In this document: positions 8,645 through 16,514 of the stretch, one piece after another
Layout: the number at the start of each line of letters is the position of its first letter
Numbering within the stretch: the first letter of the stretch is position 1
Source of the DNA: Anaerolineales bacterium
GTDB taxonomy: Bacteria; Chloroflexota; Anaerolineae; Anaerolineales; Villigracilaceae
DNA length: 64,000 nucleotides
Assembly (NCBI GenBank): GCA_034411635.1
Contig: DAOUML010000134.1
Span: 14,649 to 78,648 of the forward strand
Direction: 5' to 3'
The notes under the pieces: generated by a model
What the model saw: only the letters and a program-made list of their open reading frames with translations
What the model was told of the DNA's origin: nothing
Database searches by the model: none
Position numbers and translations under genes: made by a program

Positions 8645-9022
8645 ATGTTGACTGTACGCACCAGCTTGCGCCCCAGCATAATTCATGGGATTGGGTGTTT
8701 TGCCGAGGAACCTATCAAAAAAGGACAGGTTATATGGATATTCAATTCCTATATGGATATTCGCCTACCGGTTGATGATGTTCAAAAATTTCCAGATGCT
8801 ATTCGTGAATTTTGGCAAATTTATGCCTACGAAGAAATGCATGATGGTATACGTACTGCCACGTTATCCTGCGATTTTTCCCGGCACATGAATCACTCAA
8901 CCAGCCCCAATATTCACAAGGGTACAACTGCACTCTGCGACATAGATGTGGGTGAAGAACTAACCTGCGATTATTACACTTTTGCTCTGGATGCTGACCG
9001 CTTACTTTCAAACAAAAAATAG
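8645..9022 (+). CDS. Minimal SET-domain protein (putative protein lysine methyltransferase)
   Basis: 125 aa. It has IHGIGCFAEEPIKKGQVIW, MNHSTSPN (the NHSxxPN motif) and EELTCDYY (the ELTxDY motif). It starts 6 nt after the sensor gene. Confidence 0.7.
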   Translation: MLTVRTSLRPSIIHGIGCFAEEPIKKGQVIWIFNSYMDIRLPVDDVQKFPDAIREFWQIYAYEEMHDGIRTATLSCDFSRHMNHSTSPNIHKGTTALCDIDVGEELTCDYYTFALDADRLLSNKK

Positions 9023-9064
9023 GCTGGATATCCAGAGAGACACAGTAGCTGGATACCTAAAATA

Positions 9065-9110
9065 CAGAACTCCTGCGGCATATTTATTACAATTGCAGGA
9101 GCTCTGTTTG
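9065..9110 (+). terminator. Terminator-like hairpin between convergent genes
   Basis: cagaactcctgc pairs with gcaggagctctg (12 bp, one mismatch, 18-nt loop), followed by tttgtt. Confidence 0.35.
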
Positions 9111-9129
9111 TTATATATAGGGGTGTTAG

Positions 9130-9519
9130 TTATTCAGTTATAGGTGGCTCTTCATTTTTTGCTTTCGCCGTCGCGATTCTATTGTTCAGCGCGCCCCATA
9201 CACCCTGGGCCAATTTGCTGCCCGCTTTGCGGCGCAGGTTGGCCTGGTAGCGCACTCGTTCGCCATCACCGCGGCGAATGAGCCAGAATTGGCGCGTCAG
9301 TTCATCGAGGCTGGGGTTAAGTTCGGCGCGTTCGGTTTGTGATAGGTTTTCTTCGGCCCATTCCAGAATTTCAGCATAGGTCAATTCGTATTCGCGCAAC
9401 AGGTAGCGCATAATTTTTCGCAACAATGGCGATAGTTCAGCCAGGTGCAGCGGGCTAATGCCGCCTTCCTGAGCATCTACCTCCAACCGTTTTTGTAGTC
9501 TTTCGAATACTCCGCTCAT
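9130..9519 (-). CDS. Hypothetical cytosolic protein, last gene of the PrsW / MinD-like operon
   Basis: The ATG at 9519 (MSGVFERLQ) is preceded by GAGAGGA. The track's TTG at 9537 is less likely. The protein is helical with a basic C-terminus (ANLRRKAGSKL). I recognise no family. Confidence 0.5.
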   Translation of the reverse strand: MSGVFERLQKRLEVDAQEGGISPLHLAELSPLLRKIMRYLLREYELTYAEILEWAEENLSQTERAELNPSLDELTRQFWLIRRGDGERVRYQANLRRKAGSKLAQGVWGALNNRIATAKAKNEEPPITE

Positions 9520-9533
9520 GATTCCTCTCACGG

Positions 9534-9746
9534 TCAATACAATTCCGGCATCGGAATCGGTTCAGGTTGGGGTTGGCACTCGCCGCACCAGATGACATCT
9601 GCCACTGCCAGTCCTTTGGGGGTTTGGTTGCCGCCTAAGAACATGGTGATAAAGCCCGACATTTTGCTGGCATGGTCGCGGCATACGCCACGTCCGCAGA
9701 AGGAGCAGACGGCGCGGGCATCTTCTTCACAGAACCAACATTTCAT
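9534..9746 (-). CDS. Small Cys-rich zinc-ribbon protein (DUF2180-like)
   Basis: 70 aa. CWFC...CSFCGRGVCRDH at the N-terminus and CGEC at the C-terminus give two CxxC pairs plus an extra Cys/His. A GGAGA Shine-Dalgarno sequence lies upstream. Confidence 0.55.
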   Translation of the reverse strand: MKCWFCEEDARAVCSFCGRGVCRDHASKMSGFITMFLGGNQTPKGLAVADVIWCGECQPQPEPIPMPELY

Positions 9747-9773
9747 GGTTATTCTCCGTTGAACAGATAAAGG

Positions 9774-10553
9774 TTAGCCAAGCCCAAGGATGGTCTGAGC
9801 GGCGCGGATGAGTTCCTTCGACCAGGGATGGGTGGGGAAGCGCAACGAGAAAAGGTCGGCGCTGCCCATGTCTACCATATCTTCACTGAGTGGCAAAACA
9901 CCCAACACCGGGGCTTCAAAGGTTTGTTCACTGTGGGCTTTAATTTGAGCGGGATCGTATTTGGTAAGCGCTTTGTTGACAAACAAGCGAATATTTGGCA
10001 CATCAAGACTGCGGGCCACATCCAGCGTTACGGCGGTTCCTTGAAAATCCTGTTGATCGGGGCGTAGTATGATAATCATTTCGTCAGAAATGCCAATCGA
10101 GAGCAGGGTTTCCTCGTTCAAGCCGGGGTGGGTATCGATGAACAGATAATCCAGTTGCAGTTCTTTGCGCAGGGTTTTTAGTCCTTTGTTGAGAATGTTG
10201 ACATCGTACCCATCGCGCAACACCCGGCTGATTTCCCCGGTTTTGATGCTGGATGGCACCAGCCAGAGATTTTTATCGGCCAATTGACGTACGCCCGGTT
10301 GGGCATCTGCTTCACGCCCGACCAGATGCGCGGCTTCGGTAATCGAGCAATCGCCATGCAGGTAATCGTTGAGAGTTTTTTGAATGCTATGTTCGTTTAG
10401 CCCAAACAAGACGTGAATGCCGGGCGATTGAATATCGGTGTCGATCATCGCGACCCGTTTCCCGGCCAGGGCGGCTTGCGCGGCCAGGTTGGCGGTTACG
10501 TTGGATTTTCCCGTGCCGCCGCGAAAAGAGTGAATCGAAATAATTTTGCTCAT
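9774..10553 (-). CDS. MinD/ParA-superfamily P-loop ATPase (paralog 2)
   Basis: The start is taken at MSKIISIHSFRGGTGKSN (ATG 10553), which forms an ATGA overlap with the PrsW stop. It shares the Arg-substituted deviant Walker A, IDTDIQSPG and YLFIDTHPG with paralog 1. The 44-codon Arg-rich extension in the track is rejected. Confidence 0.75.
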   Translation of the reverse strand: MSKIISIHSFRGGTGKSNVTANLAAQAALAGKRVAMIDTDIQSPGIHVLFGLNEHSIQKTLNDYLHGDCSITEAAHLVGREADAQPGVRQLADKNLWLVPSSIKTGEISRVLRDGYDVNILNKGLKTLRKELQLDYLFIDTHPGLNEETLLSIGISDEMIIILRPDQQDFQGTAVTLDVARSLDVPNIRLFVNKALTKYDPAQIKAHSEQTFEAPVLGVLPLSEDMVDMGSADLFSLRFPTHPWSKELIRAAQTILGLG

Positions 10554-11740
10554 TCGTGGTTCTCCTGTTTGGGGTGATTTTTTTGTTCTTCCTGACGTGT
10601 TTTGAGATTGGCCCATAAATTCATGCCACCGCTTGCGGGGCGCGCGGCGGCTCGTTCTTGGATGAGCGTTTCGAGCCGACCCCATAGCGGGCTGGAATCT
10701 TCAGGGAAAGTATGGCGCAGGAAGAGCATGGCATAACTGCCCACTTTGCGTCGGGCCTGGTCTACCTGGGCGCGCAGTTTGACAATTTCTTCCTCGGTAG
10801 CGCGTTTCATGCGTTCATCGCTTAGGCGTTCGACAGATTTACGCATAAACCCCAAACGGGCTTGTTTGGTTAAAAAGTCTTTGATTTCAGCGGCTTTTTT
10901 CTCCCCAAATCGCTCTGCCAGCGGTTTGAGAATATCGTCCACACTTTCCATGCGGGTTACAACTGCCGCTTCGCCGCTGGTGACACGGTCGGTCATGCCC
11001 AGGCTTTCTTCCAACCAGATTTTGCCACTTTTCAGGCCGCGTTTGATGATGTAGGCAATCAGTCCTGCGGAGGCAATTCCGGTCACGGCAGCGTATAGCA
11101 ATAACAATCCACTGCCAACCCGGGTTACAAGATTGTTAAAACCAACATGCAAGAGCATGGCAATTGCCAGGCCTAGCAGACCAACCAAAATGCGCTTCGG
11201 CCAGTCACGCTCAAACCGGGCCTGACCAAGAAAAATCCCCAGAATACTGGTGGCTGCGGCGTGCATCAGGTTCGTAGAAATAACGCGGCTGAGGGCCAAT
11301 ACCAACCCACTTGCCTGGGCGTTTTGAATGTATTGAAAATTTTCAAAGATGGCAAAGCCAATTCCGGCGGCGAACCCGTAAACCGCGCCTTCTACAAAAT
11401 AGGTGAAGCGCGGGCGGCTGATCAGATACCAAAGGATTAATCCTTTCAGGATTTCTTCGATGATTGGCGCGGAATAGCGGATGACATCCAGCCGAGTTAG
11501 CCAGCCCTGGCTGATGGTAAGGCCGTTGGCTTCGCTTGCCATAAAGAAGGCGACGATGCCTGCTAAAAACGATAAGCCAATAATTCGGCCTTCGCCGGTT
11601 TTGTAAAAGTCCAGTTTGTAGATTGCAAAAAGCGACAAAGCCGGGATGAGGCTTGCAACCAGATAAGCGGGAAGCAGAATCAACATAGCACTAATATACA
11701 CTCTTTTTGGTAAATTAAGAAGTTCTCCGGCAGAAATCAT
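10550..11740 (-). CDS. PrsW-family intramembrane protease with a roughly 170-aa cytosolic C-terminal extension
   Basis: It is polytopic, with the PrsW signatures APIIEEILKGLILWY (EExxK) and HAAATSILG / HVGFNN (His motifs). The start is ambiguous: the ATG at 11740 sits in a hairpin loop, and the next Met is 18 codons downstream. Confidence 0.65.
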   Translation of the reverse strand: MISAGELLNLPKRVYISAMLILLPAYLVASLIPALSLFAIYKLDFYKTGEGRIIGLSFLAGIVAFFMASEANGLTISQGWLTRLDVIRYSAPIIEEILKGLILWYLISRPRFTYFVEGAVYGFAAGIGFAIFENFQYIQNAQASGLVLALSRVISTNLMHAAATSILGIFLGQARFERDWPKRILVGLLGLAIAMLLHVGFNNLVTRVGSGLLLLYAAVTGIASAGLIAYIIKRGLKSGKIWLEESLGMTDRVTSGEAAVVTRMESVDDILKPLAERFGEKKAAEIKDFLTKQARLGFMRKSVERLSDERMKRATEEEIVKLRAQVDQARRKVGSYAMLFLRHTFPEDSSPLWGRLETLIQERAAARPASGGMNLWANLKTRQEEQKNHPKQENHE

Positions 11741-11773
11741 CCTGCCGGAGAACTTGATTACAGATTGGTAGGC

Positions 11774-14700
11774 TTAGTATCCTGTGCTGGAAACATCACT
11801 GGAAGGCCGCCACTGTGACCACTTGTCACTTGCAGGGTCAATGGTCATGTTGCTGGCGAAGCCGCCCTGCCAGAAGACCTGGAAGATGTTGGCATCGCCA
11901 TCGCGCATGGAGGTGAAGGCCAGATTGGTGCCGCCACAGTCCCAGGTTGGGCCGGAGTCGACGCCCTCGTAGTCGGTGACGCGGTATTCAGTGTCATCGC
12001 GCAGGTCGTAGGAGTACAGGTCGAGGTTGCCGTCGCGTTCCGACTGGTAGGCGATACGGTCCCCTTCGGGTGACCAGACTGCGTTGATGGTCTTGCCATC
12101 GGTGGTGATGCGCTTCAGATTCTGGCCGTCGATATCGACAATGAACAGGTCGGTGCCGCCGTCTACATCAGATATGAAGGCGATTTGCTTGCCATTGGGT
12201 GACCAGGCCGGGAAGGTTTCATTGGCCGGTGAGTCGGTCAGCTGGATTTCATTACCGGTTTCGGTGTCGAGGATGAAGACGTCCCAGTTGCCGTTGCGGT
12301 TGCTCTGGAAGACCAGCCAGCGCAATTCGGGCGAATAGAAGCCATTGATGTCATCTGCCGGGTTGCTGGTGATCTGACGTTCTTCGCGCGTGACCTGGTC
12401 GATGGTGAAGAGGTCGAAGTTACCGTTTCGGTCACTCTGGAAGACGATGGTGCGTTCGTCTGGGCCGTACATCGGGGTGGTGTTATTCGCCTGGGTGTTG
12501 GTAAGGCGAACAGGTTCACCGGCTCCATCAAGGCCTGTGTAGTAAATTTCCACGTTGCCATCGCGGTTGCTGTTGAAGGCGACCCAGATATCGTTGGGAG
12601 AGCGGCTTGGGCGGCTATCGGCGGCGGTGCTGCGCGAAAGGTTGTACAGGACATGATCTGGGTCAGTTTCGACACCATCCAGGCGGTAGATTTCCAGATA
12701 ACCATCGCGGAAGGTATGGAAGACCAGGGTTTGAATACAGATGTTCTCGCCAGTTTGGATAGCCGAGACTGGAGGCAGAGGGGTGGGCGTTGGGGCATCC
12801 GGCGTGTCGCAGACCACCTTGAACGAGGAGGAACTGTTGTTGCCCAGATAAGTGACCGTAACGGTGTACTCGCCATTGGTCTGTTTGCCGATGTTTTCTG
12901 TCAGCGGCAGTTGAGTGTCAGCGGGGTATTCCCGGTTGAAGATCTGGTTGCCCTGAGCGGTGGTGACGATGACGCGGATTTTATCGCTCAGTGGCCCGCC
13001 GCTGTTATCGACGGTGAAGGAAATTTCTCCTTGCGGGGTGCATAGTCCGTTGGCCTGGATGCTGGGCGGGATGACCGTTGGCGTGGGCGTTGGGGTTGGG
13101 GCCAGGCACTCTACTTCAGTGGACGACGAAGTTTCTTGCAGCATGTAGGAGACAACGATTTCATATTCGCCGGGGGTTTGCTGCCCAATATCAACGGTGA
13201 GCGGCAGGGAGGTGTTCTGGTCGTAATCTTCATTGAAGACTTCGTTACCCTGACTGTTGTAGACCGTTACGCTGAAATCGCCTTGCAACGGGCCGCCATT
13301 ATTGCTGACGGTGAAGATGACCGTATTCTTGCCAACCGGACACTGCCCGGCAACGCTCAAATCAGGCGGAACGGGGGTGTTGGTCGGGGTTGGGGTTGGG
13401 GCCAGGCACTCCACTTCAAAGGAAGATGAAGTTTCCATCGGCATGTAGAAGACCTCGATTTCATATTCGCCGGGGGCTTGCTGTCCAATATCAACGGTGA
13501 GCGGCAGGGAGGTGTTCTGGTCGTAATCTTCACTGAAGACTTCATTGCCCTGGTTGTTGTAAACCGTTACACGGAAGTCACCTTGCAACGGGCCGCCGTT
13601 ATTGCTGACGGTGAAGATGACCGTATTCTTGCCAACCGGACATTGCCCGCCAACGCTCAAATCAGGCGGAACGGGGGTATTGGTCGGGGTGTTGGTTGGC
13701 GTGAAAGTAGGTGTAAAGGTGGGGGTGAAAGTTGGGGTGAAAGTTGGTGTATTGGTCGGCGTGTTGGTTGAGGTGCTGGTTGGGGTAGCCGTTGGCAGGT
13801 TGCAGGTTACATCGTCGCGGATGGGGCCTTGTGCACTGGCAGGGTGTCCGGCTGGCCGATCAACTTCCATCATTACTTTCTGGCCGGGGTAGGGGCCGAA
13901 TTCAAAGGTCTGGCTTTGCTTTCCGGCGAGTTGCAGGGAGCCGCTTTCGGTCAGGACGCCATCGACGTACATGCGCCACTCGACCGAGTTACGCATATCG
14001 CCTTCGCCCGCGTCGCCGGTGTTGGTGACGGTGAAGGATGCTTTGCCCAGTGCAAGGCATTGTCCATTGATATCCAGGCTTGATCGGTCCCAAACGTCAG
14101 TGGCGGTTGGGGTAATGGTCGGTGTGTTGGTGGGGGTATGAGTTGGCGTAAAGGTAGGAGTATTGGTAGGCGTACTGGTTGGGCGCTGGGAGCAGAATCC
14201 GGTTACGCTCAGGTTGACCGATGACAGGAAACTGGTTCGGTAGGTTACGTTCATGGTTGCATAGCCTGCGCCATTAACGCGTAACTCTTCTCCCGGTCCC
14301 AGATTGGCGCTGCCAGACTTGGCGGGGTCTGAAAGACTGTATGACCCATCGCTCACCGTGCCTGAGACATTGGTGATGACGAAGGTGGCCGAAAGGTCAT
14401 TGTTGCAGAATACTTGCAGGTCAAGTTGGCCATCCAGAACGGTTTCTGTGGGGGTCAATGTGGGCGTATGGGTTGGTGTATTGGTTGCCGAAGGCGTAAA
14501 GGTAGAAGTTGGGGTAAAGGTGGCGGTGTGGGTTGGCGTGATGGTCGGCGTCATCGACGGGGTAAATGTTTGCGATGGCGTAAAGGTTAGCGAAGGCGTG
14601 AAGGTTAATGTCTTTGTCGGAGTTTGGGTGCGGGTAAATGTTTGCGTGCGCGTTGGGGTTTGGGTGCGTGTATTTGTTGGCGTGCGCGTAGCCGTTGGCG

Positions 14701-16027
14701 GTTTGGGGGTGCGCGTGTTTGTAGGCGTGCGCGTCATGGTTGGGGTGCGTGTATTTGTAGGGGTATTCGTGATCGTAGGCGTGTTTGTAATGGTGGGTGT
14801 ATTCGTGATGGTCGGTGTGTTCGTAATGGTAGGCGTGTTGGAAGGTGTGAAAGTAAGAGAGGCGGTCGGCGTATTGGATGGGGTGAATGTGTTTGAAGGG
14901 GTGAAGGTTGGGGTGCGTGTTTTGGTTGGGGTACGGGTATTGGTTGGGGTGCGGGTGTTGGTTGGGGTGCGGGTAGCCGTGTGAGTTGCCGTTGGAACAG
15001 GCGTATTGGTGAATGTGGCTGTAGGCAGGGGCAAGCAAGTTCCCGTTGCGCCCAAATTGACATTGTCTAATTGCGATGTTGCATACACAACTGTTATGGA
15101 AGCATTACCAGCCACATTGAAAGAAATCCGCTCGCCAGGTCCGAGTCTGAATGTGCCGCTCTGATCTGGTTTTCCGGGTTCGCTGATGGTGTATTCGCCG
15201 TCTTCGAGCATGGGGCCGCCCGCGTTAGTAATGCGGAAGGTGGCTGAAAGATCGTTATTACAGAGTACGCTTAAGCCGAGATAAGGATCATTGACCGGCG
15301 TTGCGGTTTCAGTAGCAGTTGGCGGGATTGGGGTGTTGGTGGGCGTGAAAGTAGGGGTGAAAGTAGGGGTAGTTGTTTGCGTAAATGTTGGGGTAATGGT
15401 GGCGGTGTTTACGGGTGTGTTGGTAGGCGGAGGCGGGGTGTTGGTGGGCGGGTCGCCTAATTTAAACTCAACATGTGAAATTTCTTTACAAGTGCTTCCG
15501 CTGCCGACGCGGTCAACCCCGGCTCTATTGGTACCGATACCTGAGACAGAATAACAACCGTCATTAACGTTTCCGTCATAGTAAAAATGAGATGTGCCGG
15601 ACTTAATAATAACAGCAAGAATAATTTTTCCGGAAGGCGCATCATAATTGTAAGATTCGGCTCCATAGTCAAGTTTATCATCGCCATCAGGATGATTTCC
15701 TCCCAGCCCAGTAATAACCGTAGCAGCCGGGACGGGGGTCTCTGTGGGGGTGGCGGTAGGAACCGGCGTTTGCGTGGGTTCTTCGGTTGCTTCGGGGGTG
15801 GATGTTGGCTCTTCCGTCGCTTCGGCAGTTGGCTCTTCCGTTGCTTCGGCGGTTGGCTCTTCCGTTGCTTCGGCGGTTGGCTCTTCGGTCGGCTCTTCCG
15901 TCGCTTCTATAGCCGCGCCTCCCAGTCCTCCATCAGGAAGCGGACCACATGCAGAAAAGAGCATTGCAAAGATAACAAAGATTGAAAAAATATTGAAAAG
16001 GTGTTTTGTTGGGTTTTGGGTACTCAT
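11774..16027 (-). CDS. Giant modular surface protein or lipoprotein: E/P/T repeats, Cys-bracketed beta-sandwich-like modules joined by Thr/Pro linkers, and a C-terminal TolB-like (PD40) beta-propeller
   Basis: 1417 aa. The signal peptide ends in FSAC. EATEEPT repeats follow, then a unique roughly 85-aa module. Seven modules each begin and end with Cys: two CNNDLSATF-type, one INGQC-type, and four of a QCPVGKNTVIFTVSNNGGPLQGD type. Long PTxT linkers join them. The C-terminus has repeated PD40-like units (SPxxxxIAFxSxRDGNxEIY). Confidence 0.8.
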   Translation of the reverse strand: MSTQNPTKHLFNIFSIFVIFAMLFSACGPLPDGGLGGAAIEATEEPTEEPTAEATEEPTAEATEEPTAEATEEPTSTPEATEEPTQTPVPTATPTETPVPAATVITGLGGNHPDGDDKLDYGAESYNYDAPSGKIILAVIIKSGTSHFYYDGNVNDGCYSVSGIGTNRAGVDRVGSGSTCKEISHVEFKLGDPPTNTPPPPTNTPVNTATITPTFTQTTTPTFTPTFTPTNTPIPPTATETATPVNDPYLGLSVLCNNDLSATFRITNAGGPMLEDGEYTISEPGKPDQSGTFRLGPGERISFNVAGNASITVVYATSQLDNVNLGATGTCLPLPTATFTNTPVPTATHTATRTPTNTRTPTNTRTPTKTRTPTFTPSNTFTPSNTPTASLTFTPSNTPTITNTPTITNTPTITNTPTITNTPTNTRTPTMTRTPTNTRTPKPPTATRTPTNTRTQTPTRTQTFTRTQTPTKTLTFTPSLTFTPSQTFTPSMTPTITPTHTATFTPTSTFTPSATNTPTHTPTLTPTETVLDGQLDLQVFCNNDLSATFVITNVSGTVSDGSYSLSDPAKSGSANLGPGEELRVNGAGYATMNVTYRTSFLSSVNLSVTGFCSQRPTSTPTNTPTFTPTHTPTNTPTITPTATDVWDRSSLDINGQCLALGKASFTVTNTGDAGEGDMRNSVEWRMYVDGVLTESGSLQLAGKQSQTFEFGPYPGQKVMMEVDRPAGHPASAQGPIRDDVTCNLPTATPTSTSTNTPTNTPTFTPTFTPTFTPTFTPTNTPTNTPVPPDLSVGGQCPVGKNTVIFTVSNNGGPLQGDFRVTVYNNQGNEVFSEDYDQNTSLPLTVDIGQQAPGEYEIEVFYMPMETSSSFEVECLAPTPTPTNTPVPPDLSVAGQCPVGKNTVIFTVSNNGGPLQGDFSVTVYNSQGNEVFNEDYDQNTSLPLTVDIGQQTPGEYEIVVSYMLQETSSSTEVECLAPTPTPTPTVIPPSIQANGLCTPQGEISFTVDNSGGPLSDKIRVIVTTAQGNQIFNREYPADTQLPLTENIGKQTNGEYTVTVTYLGNNSSSSFKVVCDTPDAPTPTPLPPVSAIQTGENICIQTLVFHTFRDGYLEIYRLDGVETDPDHVLYNLSRSTAADSRPSRSPNDIWVAFNSNRDGNVEIYYTGLDGAGEPVRLTNTQANNTTPMYGPDERTIVFQSDRNGNFDLFTIDQVTREERQITSNPADDINGFYSPELRWLVFQSNRNGNWDVFILDTETGNEIQLTDSPANETFPAWSPNGKQIAFISDVDGGTDLFIVDIDGQNLKRITTDGKTINAVWSPEGDRIAYQSERDGNLDLYSYDLRDDTEYRVTDYEGVDSGPTWDCGGTNLAFTSMRDGDANIFQVFWQGGFASNMTIDPASDKWSQWRPSSDVSSTGY
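13099..13698. repeat. Tandem 2 x 300-bp near-identical repeat inside the giant gene
   Basis: ggccaggcact starts at both 13099 and 13399. The two copies align along their full length with scattered substitutions. They encode 100-aa modules that differ at about 10 residues. Confidence 0.9.
14444..15034. repeat. Low-complexity coding repeat (Thr/Pro linker, residues about 332-528 of the giant protein)
   Basis: The region encodes reiterated PTNTRT, PTITNT, TFTPS and RTQT units. The DNA is a mosaic of degenerate 9-18-nt repeats. Confidence 0.85.
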
Positions 16028-16047
16028 GTTGCTCTCTCCTCAACTTC

Positions 16048-16512
16048 TTATTTTTGGCGTTTAAGCCAGGCGATTAGGGCAATGAGAACGGCCCCTGTAA
16101 TGATAGCGAGCGGTAACCAGTCAGAATTTTCCTGAGCGCTGCCCGTAAGGGATGTCTTTATTTCTGGAAAAGGCGTCAGCAACAGGCCGATTAAAACAAG
16201 TAAAGCCAGGCCTCCAGCAACTGCAAGATTTGGAATTTTGCGGGCAATTGGCATATTATTTACGGTTAGTCTTTCTTTTCTGGCGGCGATTAATAGATTT
16301 TTGCGTATGCGCATGCGCGTACTTTCATCCGGTTGCGCGCTTTTCACAGCCGTTTTCAGGTCGATAATCGTTTTTTGTAGTCTGGCGAGTTCGTTGTCCT
16401 GAGTTGCCTGGTTCATGTCTAACTCTTTATTATTGTTGTCAAGCGCCTGATCAGCAAATTGGGCGAGTTCTTCATCTAAGCGGGATTCGTTATCTAAATT
16501 GTTGTCTTGCAT
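16048..16512 (-). CDS. Putative membrane-anchored anti-sigma factor (assigned by position)
   Basis: 154 aa, starting 3 nt after the ECF sigma gene. It has an acidic, helical cytoplasmic N-terminus and two TM spans (LAVAGGLALLVLIGLLL and LPLAIITGAVLIALIAWL) separated by a 17-aa loop. There is no zinc-binding anti-sigma (ZAS) motif. Confidence 0.4.
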   Translation of the reverse strand: MQDNNLDNESRLDEELAQFADQALDNNNKELDMNQATQDNELARLQKTIIDLKTAVKSAQPDESTRMRIRKNLLIAARKERLTVNNMPIARKIPNLAVAGGLALLVLIGLLLTPFPEIKTSLTGSAQENSDWLPLAIITGAVLIALIAWLKRQK

Positions 16513-16514
16513 TG

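Noticed and set aside
10554-10685. N-terminal extensions offered by the ORF track (also 44893-45081 on the CoA-transferase, 33832-33999 on sdaA, 6762-6812 on the GNAT, 17375-17431 on the SBP-like gene and 58358-58411 on atpE)
   Set aside because: In each case an internal start codon coincides with the conserved family N-terminus and with a Shine-Dalgarno sequence or an ATGA-type overlap. The extensions overlap the neighbouring gene or are compositionally aberrant.
13099-13698. Possible template/variable repeat pair of a diversity-generating retroelement
   Set aside because: No reverse transcriptase gene is nearby. The mismatches between the copies involve all base types rather than being confined to adenines of one copy. 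Both copies are coding modules of the same protein.
14444-15034. Possible CRISPR-like or minisatellite array
   Set aside because: The repeat units are short (9-18 nt), degenerate and contiguous, with no unique spacers. They lie in frame inside a long ORF and encode a PTxT linker.
14304-15063. Gly/Val-rich (226 aa, plus strand) and His/Pro-rich (205 and 109 aa, minus strand) ORFs
   Set aside because: They are other-frame readings of the Thr/Pro linker repeat of the giant gene, so they are artefacts of low-complexity DNA.
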